64,000 bases of DNA, taken from NCBI GenBank assembly GCA_963807915.1, contig CAWEDO010000001.1:351701-415700 (forward strand), written 5' to 3'. A model generated the notes under the pieces. It worked only from the letters and a program-made list of their open reading frames with translations, did no database searches and was not told the origin of the DNA. The translations under genes were made by a program, and so were the position numbers. Within the stretch, counting starts at the first letter, position 1, and each line of letters opens with the position of its first letter. Shown piece after piece: positions 31,301 through 40,553 of this stretch. The stretch is from an uncultured Chloroflexia bacterium (GTDB taxonomy: Bacteria > Chloroflexota > Limnocylindria > QHBO01).

Positions 31301-32641
31301 GGTGGTCTTCGCCCGCGGCCTGGGCACCCACGCCGCGGCTGACCTGCGCTACACGATGCTCGGGCGGCAGCTGCAGCCTGCTGGCCAGCCTGGGCGTCGA
31401 CGACGAGGTGCGGGCAGCGCCGGCCAGCGTCACCTTCCAGGTGCTGGCCGACGCCACCAGCCTCTACCTCAGCCCGGTGCTGACCCGGAGCAGCGCCAGC
31501 GCCTAGCCTGAACCTGGCCCTCCCGGCCGGCACCAGCCCTGCAGCTGGTGGTCGGCAACGGCGGCGATACCAACGCCTACGACCATGCCGACTGGGCCGA
31601 CCCCGCCTCAGCTGCACGGGCGCCACCAACACGCCGCCGACCCCGGTGATCGATACCCCGGCCAGCAGCCTGACCTGGGTGGTCGGCCAGTCGATCAGCT
31701 TCAGCGGGCATGCCACCGATACCCAGGACGGCACGCTGGCCGCCACGCGCCTGGACTGGTCGCTGGTCCTGCAGCATTGCCCCTCGAATTGCCACACCCA
31801 TGCCCTGCAGAGCTGGAGCGGGGTGGCCGGCGCCAGCTTCAGCGCCCCCGACCACGAGTACCCGTCCTACCTCGAGCTGTCGCTGACCGCCACCGACTCG
31901 GGCGGGCTGACCTCCACCGTCACCCGCCGCCTCGACCCGCAGACGGTGAACCTGAGCTTCGCCAGCAACCCGAGCGGCCTGCAGCTGGTGGTCGATGCCA
32001 TCAGCCAGGCGGCGCCCTTCACGCGGACGGTGATCGTCGGCTCGTCCAACTCGGTCAGCGCGCCGACCCCCCAGAGCCTGAACAACACCAACTACGCCTT
32101 CAGCGCCTGGTCGGACGCCGGCGCCGCCACCCACACCGTGGTGGCCCCCGCCAGCGCGGCGACCTACACCGCCACCTACACCGTCACCGGCGGCCCGACG
32201 GTGACCTACCTGAGCAGCCTGAACCCGACCAGCGCGGTCAGCGGCTGGGGCCCCTATGAGCGCGACCTGAGCAACGGCGAGAAGCTGGCCGGCGACGGCC
32301 ACCCGCTCACCCTGAACGGGATGGTCTTCGCCCGCGGCCTGGGCACCCACGCCGCGGCTGACCTGCGCTACACGCTGCCGGGCGGCAGCTGCAGCCTGCT
32401 CGGCACGCTGGGCGTCGACGACGAGGTGCCCAACACGGCGCCGGCCACCGTCACCTTCCAGGTGCTGGTCGACGGCGTCAGCCGCTACCTGAGCCCGGTG
32501 CTCACTCCGACCAGCACCAGCGCCAGCCTGAACCTGGCCCTGCCGACCGGCACCACCCTGCAGCTGGTGGTCGGCAACGGCGGCGATTCCAACGCCTACG
32601 ACCATGCCGACTGGGCCGACCTCCGGCTCAGCTGCACCTAG
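28399..32641 (+). CDS. Giant secreted PQQ-dependent sugar dehydrogenase (GSDH) + PKD + 3 NPCBM + 2 Ig-like linker modules; many frameshifts; start approximate
   Basis: DGRVFVAEKSG, DRGLLGLA, SHSVG, AYGFRNPFR, LWIGDVGW, NYGWPCYEG; PKD (FSGAGSSDPD..YAWDLDGDG); NPCBM (NGWGPYERDLSNGE, GLGTHA, DHADWAD). Confidence 0.85.
30134..32641 (+). repeat. Intragenic tandem repeat, ~1.02 kb unit, ~2.5 copies
   Basis: accgtcaccggcggcccgac..tacctgagcagcctgaacccgacc recurs at 30134, 31162 and 32180. Linker copies starting near 30608 and 31628 are nearly identical in DNA. Confidence 0.95.
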
Positions 32642-32647
32642 CCAGGA

Positions 32648-33013
32648 TTACTCCCGGAGGCGCGCGCCGCACCGCGCGCAGCGATAGGCACCCATCCGGT
32701 TTCGGTGTCCGCACGCCCGGCACACCCGGGCCGGCGCGAGGGCACCGGGTCCGGGGATCCCGGCCGGGAGTTTCGGGAACCCGACCTCCGGCGCGTTCGG
32801 ATCGGCCAGGCTCGGGCGGAGCCAATCGAGGCTCGCGTGCGGTACGGGAGCGGCCGGGCGCGGGGATCGTCGTCGCACACGGGCGGCCCGCTTGCGCTCC
32901 GCGTCGGCGGCGCGAGCCGCCAGCAGGTTGACCCGCCAGCGCGCCGCGATGGCGAGGGCTCCCACCGGAGCGGATGCGCCGACGACCAAGGCCATGAGCA
33001 CGTCCAGCCTCAC
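32648..33013 (-). CDS. Membrane-anchored Zn-ribbon protein
   Basis: N-terminal TM; C-terminal CRACG..CARCG; coupled to the cysS stop. Confidence 0.65.
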   Translation of the reverse strand: MRLDVLMALVVGASAPVGALAIAARWRVNLLAARAADAERKRAARVRRRSPRPAAPVPHASLDWLRPSLADPNAPEVGFPKLPAGIPGPGALAPARVCRACGHRNRMGAYRCARCGARLRE

Positions 33014-34463
33014 CGGATCAGGCTACTCGCTTGCGCTTGACCCCGACGGCGCGGTCGCTCTACCTCCGCGCGACGGGAACTGCCCGTCCGGCGTGTCCGC
33101 AACCTCGATTCCCATCTCGCCCAGTTGCGTCCGCAAGCGGTCCGCTTCTGCCCAGTCCTCGGTCGCCCGCGCGGCGGCCCGACGTTCGAGCAGCGCCGCG
33201 GCTCCCGGCGGCAACTCGCCCTCCAACGGATCAGGCGCGTCCGCCGGCACATGGAGGTCGAGACCAAGGACCCGATCGAAGTCAAGGAGGAGCGCGCGCC
33301 TGCGCCGCCGGCGCAAGGCCGCTGTCCGCCGCAGCCCCGTGTGCGATGGCAATGGCGGCCGGCATGGCCAGGTCCTGGCTGATCGCCTCCGTGAAGCGCG
33401 CGCGGTAACCGGACATCGGCTCGACGGCCAGATCCGGCGTGGTCCGATCACCGGCACCCTCCGCCGCGGCACGACGCAGCCGGCGCAGGCCCGAAGCCGC
33501 AGCCTGCATCGCGCGGTAGGTGAAGTCGAGCTTCGAGCGGTAGTGGGCGGTGAGCGCCAGGTACCGGAAGTCGAGCGGCTGGAAGCCCTTCGAGGGGAGG
33601 TCCGTGACCCGGATCACGTTCCCGACGCTCCGCGCCATCTTGGCGTCGTCGAGCGTCAGGAACTCACCGTGCATCCAGACGTTGACGACGCGGTGGCCGA
33701 TGGCGCCTTCGCTCTGCGCGATCTCGTCCTCGTGATGCGGGAACTTCAGGTCGATGCCACCGGTGTGGATGTCGAAGCGCTCGCCGAGGTACTTCATGGA
33801 CATCGCCGAGCACTCGATGTGCCAGCCGGGGAAGCCCTCGCCCCAGGGTGACGGCCACCTCATGAGGCGTCCCGGCTCGGCGAGCTTCCAGAGCGCGAAG
33901 TCCTCGGGGTCGTGCTTGTCGGTCTCGACGTCGACCCGGTGCCCGGCGCGCATCTCGTCGAGCTTCTGCCCGGACAGCTGGCCGTACGCCGGAAACGCGG
34001 ATACATCGAAGTAGACGTTGCCGTCGACCTCGTAGGCGAGTCCCCTGGCGAGCAGGTCGGAGGTCAGTGACAGCATCTCGGCGATGTGGTCGGTCGCCTT
34101 CGGCATGACGTCCGCCGGGGTGATGTTCAGGAGGCGCTCGTCGTGGAGCCAGGCATCGGTATAGAACTCCGCGATCTCGTACGGGGTCTTCCCCTCGACC
34201 TCGGCGGCCAGCAGAATCGGATCCTCGCCCGTCTCGCGCATGTGCCCGACATCGGTGATGTTCTTCACGTAGAGCACGTCGTAGCCCAGGTACTGGAGCG
34301 TGCGCCGCAGGAGGTCGCCGAAGAGGTAGGTGCGCAGGTTGCCGATATGCGCATAGCGGTACACCGTGCTGCCGCAGGTGTAGATCGTGACGCGCCCGGG
34401 CGTGATCGGCTCGAGCGGCTCGACGCGACGCGTCAGCGAGTTGTAGAGGCGAATCGGCTGCAT
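33010..34463 (-). CDS. cysS: Cysteine--tRNA ligase; frameshift ~33310
   Basis: [57 protein letters not shown]; C-terminal DWAEADRLR in a second frame. Confidence 0.93.
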
Positions 34464-34500
34464 CGGAGCGGCATTGTACCGATGCGACCGCCGGGAGCCG

Positions 34501-36315
34501 TCAGGCCGGTTCCGCGACCTCTTCGGTCGAGGCGGCCGATTCGACGCGCAGCTGCTTGAGCGCCGTCGGGTCGATCCCACCGAAGCGCGGCAGGTCGGCG
34601 AGGCTGGCGGTGCGCGCCAGGCGCTCGCTCATCTTGCCGTGGACGATCTGGCTGAAGTCCGGGATCGCCATCAGACGCCGCAGGGTCTCGGCCGGCACCT
34701 CGAGCAGCGTGGCGTCCTCCTCCGCCACCACGTCGGCCGTCCGCACGCTGCCGGTCAGGGCGGCGATCTCGCCGAAGAGGTCGCCGGCGGTCATGGTCGA
34801 GAGGGTCCGGTTCGCGCCCTCGCCGGTCGTCACGCCCGCGACCACCTTTCCGCCAAGGACGAAGAAGGCGGCGTCACTGGCCTCGCCATGGCGGGTGATG
34901 GCCGTCCCTGCCGCCGCGTCGCGCACCCGGGCTGAGTTGAGGATCAGATCCCGATCCTTTGGCGGCATGCCGGCCAGTGCCGGGATGTAGCCGAGCAGCG
35001 TCTCGATGTCGACGAGGCTGGCCGGGCGGCCGAAGGCCATCCCCGGGGCGGACCCGGCGCCGCGCAGGAGGCTGATGGCACGGCGCCACTCGGCGGCCGG
35101 CTGTCCGAGGCCGGGCAGCACCGCCGTAATGAGGGCAGCGACCACCACCACCAGCGAAGCCGCCGCGAACATCAGGCGTACGTCGATCACGTCCGCCAGC
35201 CCGGCGATGCCCATCCCGACCAGGTAGACGACGGTCGTGATCACGTACGAGGTCGAGAAGACCCGGCCGCGCATCTCGCGTGGCGTGTTGCGCTGGTTGA
35301 TGAGGCGCGCCGCCACGAACGAGGGAGCGTTCAGCGCGCCGGAGAAGCTGATGAGCAGGATCGCCAGCCAGACGTTGGTCTGGAGGGCGTACAGCAGTCC
35401 GAAGAGGCCCATCCCCAGGTAGCTGAGGACGAGCCACTGGCCCTCGCGCAGTCGGTCTGAGAGGCGCGCCATGAGGAGGCTGCCGACCACGAAGCCGACC
35501 GAGGTGAGCCCCTCCTGCAGGCCGTATTCGAACTCCGTGGCGCTCAGCGCGGTGAGCGCGAAAGGGAGGAGCAGCACGTTCTGCAGCCCGAACGAGATGA
35601 GCACCGGCACCTTGACCAGGTTCATCGAGCGCAGGATCGGCGTGCGCAGGATGAACTTGGCCCCGAAGTTCAGGTTGCGGATCATGTCGCGCACCGTGGT
35701 CAGCTCCTCGGTGACCAGGGGTGCGATCTTGACCAGGCTGATCATCAGGGCGGAGAAGGCGAAGGTGCCGGCGTCGATCAGGAAGACGGTGTTGATCGAC
35801 TGGGTCGAGGCCAGCAGTCCGGCCAGCGCGAAGCCAACCGCGGTGGAGCCGAACTGGGCGATGGCCATGATCGCGTTCGCGGCCCCGAGCTCCTCCTCCG
35901 AGGCGATCTCGGGCAGCACCGACTCGTTGGCCGGCGAGAAGAACTGGGTGACCGATGCCGAGAGCATCACCATCACGTACAGCCAGGCGATGTGGATGTT
36001 CACGACGAACGGGATCGAGGCGACGATCACGAGCCGGATCAGGTCGGCCGCGATCATGATCCGCTTGCGGTCGAACCGATCGACGACGACCCCGGCCACG
36101 AGGCCGAAGATGAGCGTCGGCACCGCCGTTGCCATCAGCATCAGGCCGACGTTGAGCACCGAGCCGGTGACCCGATACACGATGATGCCGGCGGCCAGGC
36201 TGGTCAGCGCGTCGCCGATGGTGGAGACGAGCTGTGCGCTCCACAGGTAGACGAATGCCCGCTTGCGCAGGACCGCGAAGGGCGATGGCTGGGCCGGCAG
36301 CGCTGCAGCGGTCAC
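34501..36315 (-). CDS. MFS transporter fused to a C-terminal cyclic-nucleotide-binding domain
   Basis: 12-TM MFS (GVVVDRFDRKR motif A), then GDLFGEIAAL..RTADV phosphate-binding cassette. Confidence 0.9.
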   Translation of the reverse strand: MTAAALPAQPSPFAVLRKRAFVYLWSAQLVSTIGDALTSLAAGIIVYRVTGSVLNVGLMLMATAVPTLIFGLVAGVVVDRFDRKRIMIAADLIRLVIVASIPFVVNIHIAWLYVMVMLSASVTQFFSPANESVLPEIASEEELGAANAIMAIAQFGSTAVGFALAGLLASTQSINTVFLIDAGTFAFSALMISLVKIAPLVTEELTTVRDMIRNLNFGAKFILRTPILRSMNLVKVPVLISFGLQNVLLLPFALTALSATEFEYGLQEGLTSVGFVVGSLLMARLSDRLREGQWLVLSYLGMGLFGLLYALQTNVWLAILLISFSGALNAPSFVAARLINQRNTPREMRGRVFSTSYVITTVVYLVGMGIAGLADVIDVRLMFAAASLVVVVAALITAVLPGLGQPAAEWRRAISLLRGAGSAPGMAFGRPASLVDIETLLGYIPALAGMPPKDRDLILNSARVRDAAAGTAITRHGEASDAAFFVLGGKVVAGVTTGEGANRTLSTMTAGDLFGEIAALTGSVRTADVVAEEDATLLEVPAETLRRLMAIPDFSQIVHGKMSERLARTASLADLPRFGGIDPTALKQLRVESAASTEEVAEPA

Positions 36316-36371
36316 GCGTTCCTCGTGGGTGGGTCGGCACATTCTGCCATCGGCTGGCTACCATGCTCCCC

Positions 36372-36983
36372 ATGCCGCAGCGCGATGCCGGCGCATCCTA
36401 CCCGCTCACCCTCGGCGAGGAGCCGGCTTTCTGTCCTGCCTGCGGGAAGGCGCTGGTCGAGCGTGTCCTCGAGGAGGATCACCGGCCGCGCCTCATCTGC
36501 CCGGACGGGCACGTCACCTGGCGCAACCCGCGCCTCGTGGTCGGGACCCTGCCGGTCCGCGATGGACGGGTGCACCTCGCCCGGCGCTCGATCGAACCGG
36601 GCGCGGGTCGCTGGACCTACCCCGGCGGCTTCCTGGAGCTCGGCGAAGCGGCGCAGGAGGGAGCGCGGCGCGAAACGGAGGAGGAGACCCGGCTACGGGT
36701 CGAGGTTGGGCGCTTGATCGGCGCCTACTCCCGCCCCTATGCCGGGGTCGTCACCCTCATCTACGAGGCCACGATCGTGGGCGGCGAGGTTCTGCCCGGA
36801 GTCGAGACGAGCGAGGTTCGCGCCTTCGGCCCGGACGAGATCCCGTGGGACGAGCTCGCCTTCTCGACGGTCGAGAGCGCCCTTCGCGACTGGGTCGCGT
36901 CGCTGCCGGGGCGCGGCGTGCGGTTCGAGCCGGAGCTGTACGTGACCGGCGATCCGGACGAAGGTCAGCCGGCCGACTCGTAG
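36372..36983 (+). CDS. NUDIX hydrolase with N-terminal Zn ribbon
   Basis: FCPACG..CPDGH..NP; Nudix box GGFLELGEAAQEGARRETEEET. Confidence 0.92.
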   Translation: MPQRDAGASYPLTLGEEPAFCPACGKALVERVLEEDHRPRLICPDGHVTWRNPRLVVGTLPVRDGRVHLARRSIEPGAGRWTYPGGFLELGEAAQEGARRETEEETRLRVEVGRLIGAYSRPYAGVVTLIYEATIVGGEVLPGVETSEVRAFGPDEIPWDELAFSTVESALRDWVASLPGRGVRFEPELYVTGDPDEGQPADS

Positions 36984-38221
36984 CGACGGAAGACGGCGAC
37001 CGCGTTCTGGCCGCCGAAGCCGAAGCCGTTGATGATCGCCGTCCCCACCTGCGCCTCGCGTGCCGTGTTGGGGACGTAGTCGAGGTCGCAGGCCGGGTCC
37101 GGCGTCTCGTAGTTGATCGTCGGCGGCATCTTCCCGTCCCGGATCGCGCAGACCGCGGCGACCGCGGAGATCGCCCCGGCGGCCCCCAGGGTATGCCCGA
37201 TCATGCTCTTGTTGCTGCTGACCGCCAGGTGCGCGGCGTGGTCGCCGAACGCCGCGTGGATGGCCTTCGTCTCGGTCGCGTCGTTGAGCGGCGTGCCGGT
37301 GCCGTGGGCGACGACGTAGTCGACCTCCTCGGGCTCCACGCCGGCATCGCGCAGTGCCCGGGTCATGGCACGGGCCGCGCCGTCGCCCGTTGGGTCGGGG
37401 GCGCTGATGTGGAAGGCATCACCGGTCATCGCCCCGCCGGCGACCTCGGCGATGATGCGAGCCCCGCGTCCCTCGGCGTGCTCGGCCGACTCGACGGTGA
37501 GGACCGCGGCGCCCTCGCCGAAGACGAAGCCGTCGCGATTCGCGTCGAACGGGCGGGAGGCGCCGGCGGGATCGTCGTTCCGCTTCGAGAGCGCGCCCAT
37601 GTTGGCCAGGGCGGCGAACGCGACTGGCAGGATGGCGCTCTCGGTGCCGCCGGCGATCACCACCTCCACGTCGCCATGCTCGATCAGGCGCTGCGCGTCG
37701 ATGAGCGCCTGCACCCCTGAGGCGCACGCCGCCACCGAGGCGATGACAGGCCCGTGCGTGCCGTTCTGGATGCTGATCTGGCAGGCTGCCATTGAGGGGG
37801 AGAGCATCGGCACCATGAAGGGGCTGACGCGCTTCCCGCCCTGCTCCAGGAAGACCCGCTCGCCGATGGCCACGTCGCCGATCCCCCCGCCGCCGGTGTT
37901 GACGATCACCCCGATGTCGTTGCGGTTCGCGTCGGTGATCTCGAGGCCGGCATCGGCGATCGCCTGGGCCGCGGCCGCCACGGCGAACTGCGAGAAGCGG
38001 CTCATCCGCCTCGCCTGCTTGAAGTCGATCCAGGTCGCCGGATCGAAGCCCTTCACCTCGGCCGCGATCCGCACCTCCTCGGCCGACGCGTCATAGCCGC
38101 TGATCGGCCCGACTCCGCTCGTGCCGGCCAGCAGGCTGGCCCAGAAGCTGGCGGCGTCGTTGCCAATGGGCGTGATCGCTCCGAGGCCAGTCACCACGGC
38201 GCGCCGTCGTGGGTCCTTCAT
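36965..38221 (-). CDS. fabF: Beta-ketoacyl-ACP synthase II (copy 2)
   Basis: VVTGLG, AACASG (catalytic Cys), SRPFD, AHGTGT, KSMIGH, GFGFGGQN. Confidence 0.92.
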   Translation of the reverse strand: MKDPRRRAVVTGLGAITPIGNDAASFWASLLAGTSGVGPISGYDASAEEVRIAAEVKGFDPATWIDFKQARRMSRFSQFAVAAAAQAIADAGLEITDANRNDIGVIVNTGGGGIGDVAIGERVFLEQGGKRVSPFMVPMLSPSMAACQISIQNGTHGPVIASVAACASGVQALIDAQRLIEHGDVEVVIAGGTESAILPVAFAALANMGALSKRNDDPAGASRPFDANRDGFVFGEGAAVLTVESAEHAEGRGARIIAEVAGGAMTGDAFHISAPDPTGDGAARAMTRALRDAGVEPEEVDYVVAHGTGTPLNDATETKAIHAAFGDHAAHLAVSSNKSMIGHTLGAAGAISAVAAVCAIRDGKMPPTINYETPDPACDLDYVPNTAREAQVGTAIINGFGFGGQNAVAVFRRYESAG

Positions 38222-39501
38222 CCCTCGGCTCGAGCGAGGATCAGCGTGCTGTTGTGCCCGCCGAGCCCCATCGAGTTCGACAGCGCCACGCGGCTGTCCG
38301 TCTGACGCGCCGTGTTTGGCACGTAGTCGAGGGTGAGCTCGGGATCGGGATGGCGGTAGTTGATCGTCGGCGGGATGCAGCCGCTCTGCACGACGCGGGC
38401 GCATACGAAGGCCTCGAACGCTCCGGCCGCGCCCATCATGTGACCGGTCATGCTCTTGGTGGAGCTGACCGCCAGCTTGCGGGCGTGGTCGCCAAAGACC
38501 GCCTCGATCGCCATGGATTCATATCGATCGTTGAGCGGCGTGCTCGTGCCATGGGCGTTGATGTAGTCGACCGCCTCGGGGCCGATGCCCGCGCGCTCCA
38601 GCGCAGCCCGCATGGATCGCTGGCTCCCCTCGCCGCGCTCGGCCGGCGCCGCCATGTGGAAGGCGTCGGACGACGAGCCATAGCCGATCACCTCGGCGAT
38701 CGGGGTGGCCCCGCGCGCGCGGGCATGCTCCATCTCCTCCAGGACGAGCACGGCGCATCCCTCGCTGACCACGAAGCCGTTACGGGTCGCGTCGAAGGGG
38801 CGGGAGGCGATGGTCGGGTCATAGGCGCCGGTGTCGGGGTCGATCGGGGAGCCGAGGGCTCGCATCTGGCCGAAGCCAGCGAACGCGATCGGCACGATGA
38901 CGGCCTCCGTGCCTGCCCCGAGCATGAGATCGGCCTGGCCGCGCACGATGGTCTCCATCGCCTCGCCGATGGCGTGCCCGCCGGTGGCACAGGCGCTCAC
39001 CACGGCCAGGTTGGGGCCACGGATCCCGTACTGGATCGCGACCATCCCCGAGGCGGCATCCGGGATCATGTGCGGCAGCAGGAACGGCGAGACGCGGCTC
39101 GGCCCGCGCTCGTTGAGGGTGGCCAGGCCATCGGCGATCATCCCGATGCCCCCGATGGCGGTGCCGACGATCATCCCGAACCGATCCGGATCGGCCTGGG
39201 CGGCGTCGAGCATCCCGTCGGCGTTCAGCAAGCCGGCATCCTTGAGCGCCTCGCCCGAGGCGGCCACTGCGAAGTGCGTGTTGCGATCGTGCCGCCGCGC
39301 GTCCTTGCCGTCCATGTACTGGCTGACGTCGAAGCCCTTCACCTCCCCGGCGACATGGATCTCGTAGTCGGTCGTGTCGAAGAGCGTGATGTCGGCCACG
39401 CCCGATCGGCCCGCCACCAGCGCGTCCCACGATGCGTCGGCCCCGATCCCGACCGGTGAGACGACCCCGAGTCCGGTGACGACGACCCGTCTCGCGCTCA
39501 C
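38218..39501 (-). CDS. fabF: Beta-ketoacyl-ACP synthase II (copy 1)
   Basis: VVTGLG, SACATG, SRPFD, NAHGTST, KSMTGH, SMGLGGHN. Confidence 0.92.
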   Translation of the reverse strand: MSARRVVVTGLGVVSPVGIGADASWDALVAGRSGVADITLFDTTDYEIHVAGEVKGFDVSQYMDGKDARRHDRNTHFAVAASGEALKDAGLLNADGMLDAAQADPDRFGMIVGTAIGGIGMIADGLATLNERGPSRVSPFLLPHMIPDAASGMVAIQYGIRGPNLAVVSACATGGHAIGEAMETIVRGQADLMLGAGTEAVIVPIAFAGFGQMRALGSPIDPDTGAYDPTIASRPFDATRNGFVVSEGCAVLVLEEMEHARARGATPIAEVIGYGSSSDAFHMAAPAERGEGSQRSMRAALERAGIGPEAVDYINAHGTSTPLNDRYESMAIEAVFGDHARKLAVSSTKSMTGHMMGAAGAFEAFVCARVVQSGCIPPTINYRHPDPELTLDYVPNTARQTDSRVALSNSMGLGGHNSTLILARAEG

Positions 39502-40499
39502 GCAGATGCCTCGGCTCCGCCGGGGAGCCAGAGGGCGCCATCGCCAGGCGCGTCGAGGGCATGCGTCTGGGTCTCGGGCGCGATGCGCTTGATGAGGCCG
39601 CTGAGCACCCGCCCCGGCCCGATCTCGACGAAGTCGGTCACGCCGTCGGCCGCCATGTGACGGATCGTCTCGGTCCACTGCACGCCGTGGACGAGGTGCT
39701 CGGAGAGCTCCCGGCGCAGGCCGTCGGCGGTGCGGATGAGGCTGGCGTGCACGTTGCCGAGCATCGGCACGCGTGGCTCGCGGAACGGGACCTTGGCCAG
39801 GATCTGGCTGAACTCGTCGCGCGCGCGGCGCATGAGCGGGGAGTGGCTGGCGACGCTCACCGTCAGGCGCACCGCCTTGCGAGCACCGACCGTCTTGCTC
39901 ATCTCCAGGGCGAAGGCGAGGGCGGGGATGACGCCGGAGAGGACGATCTGCCCGGGAGCGTTGGCGTTCGCGACGCCGATCTCGCCGTGCTCACGGGCCG
40001 CGTCCACGATCTCGTGCACCTGCTCGTCGGAGAGGCCGATGACCGCGCCCATGCCGCCCTCGATGCCGCGCTCCTGCATGATCCGGCCACGCTCGCGCAC
40101 GAGGTTGATGGCGGCCTCGAAGTCGATCGCGTCGGCGGCGACGGCGGCGGCGTATTGCCCGGCCGAGTGGCCCGCCAGGCGGATCGGCGCCAGCTCCACG
40201 CCGGCCTCGGCCGCCTCGGCGCGCATCGCCTCGAGGTAGGCGACGCTGGTGGCGAGGATCGCCGGCTGGGCGTTGACGGTCAGGTCCAGCTCCTCGGCGG
40301 GACCCTCGGCGATCATGCGCGACAGCGGAAAGCCGAGTGCGGCGTCGGCGCGCTCCATCACCGCGGCGGCGGCGGGAGAGCGCTCGAGCAGGGCGGCTCC
40401 CATCCCCACGTACTGCGAGCCTTGTCCCGGAAATACGAACGCGTGGGCGTGGGGCGGGGAGGCCGGCTCGGGAAGATCGGTATCGTCGGTCATGCGCAT
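39498..40499 (-). CDS. fabD: Malonyl-CoA:ACP transacylase
   Basis: FPGQGSQ, AQPAI, GHSAG nucleophile, RG..MQ, SVASHS, EIGPG. Confidence 0.93.
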   Translation of the reverse strand: MRMTDDTDLPEPASPPHAHAFVFPGQGSQYVGMGAALLERSPAAAAVMERADAALGFPLSRMIAEGPAEELDLTVNAQPAILATSVAYLEAMRAEAAEAGVELAPIRLAGHSAGQYAAAVAADAIDFEAAINLVRERGRIMQERGIEGGMGAVIGLSDEQVHEIVDAAREHGEIGVANANAPGQIVLSGVIPALAFALEMSKTVGARKAVRLTVSVASHSPLMRRARDEFSQILAKVPFREPRVPMLGNVHASLIRTADGLRRELSEHLVHGVQWTETIRHMAADGVTDFVEIGPGRVLSGLIKRIAPETQTHALDAPGDGALWLPGGAEASA

Positions 40500-40553
40500 C
40501 GGCCAGTCAGTTGATTTGGGCGCGAGTATAGCCGAGCACGCTCGAATCGCCGC

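Noticed and set aside
30134-32641. Repeats as a CRISPR array, mobile element or DGR template/variable pair
   Set aside because: The units are ~1 kb in-frame protein domains with no spacers. No cas, transposase or reverse transcriptase is present, and the differences are not adenine-specific.
36965-39501. KS/chain-length-factor pair of a type II PKS
   Set aside because: Both copies retain the catalytic Cys and His residues, and no ACP, cyclase or tailoring genes are adjacent.
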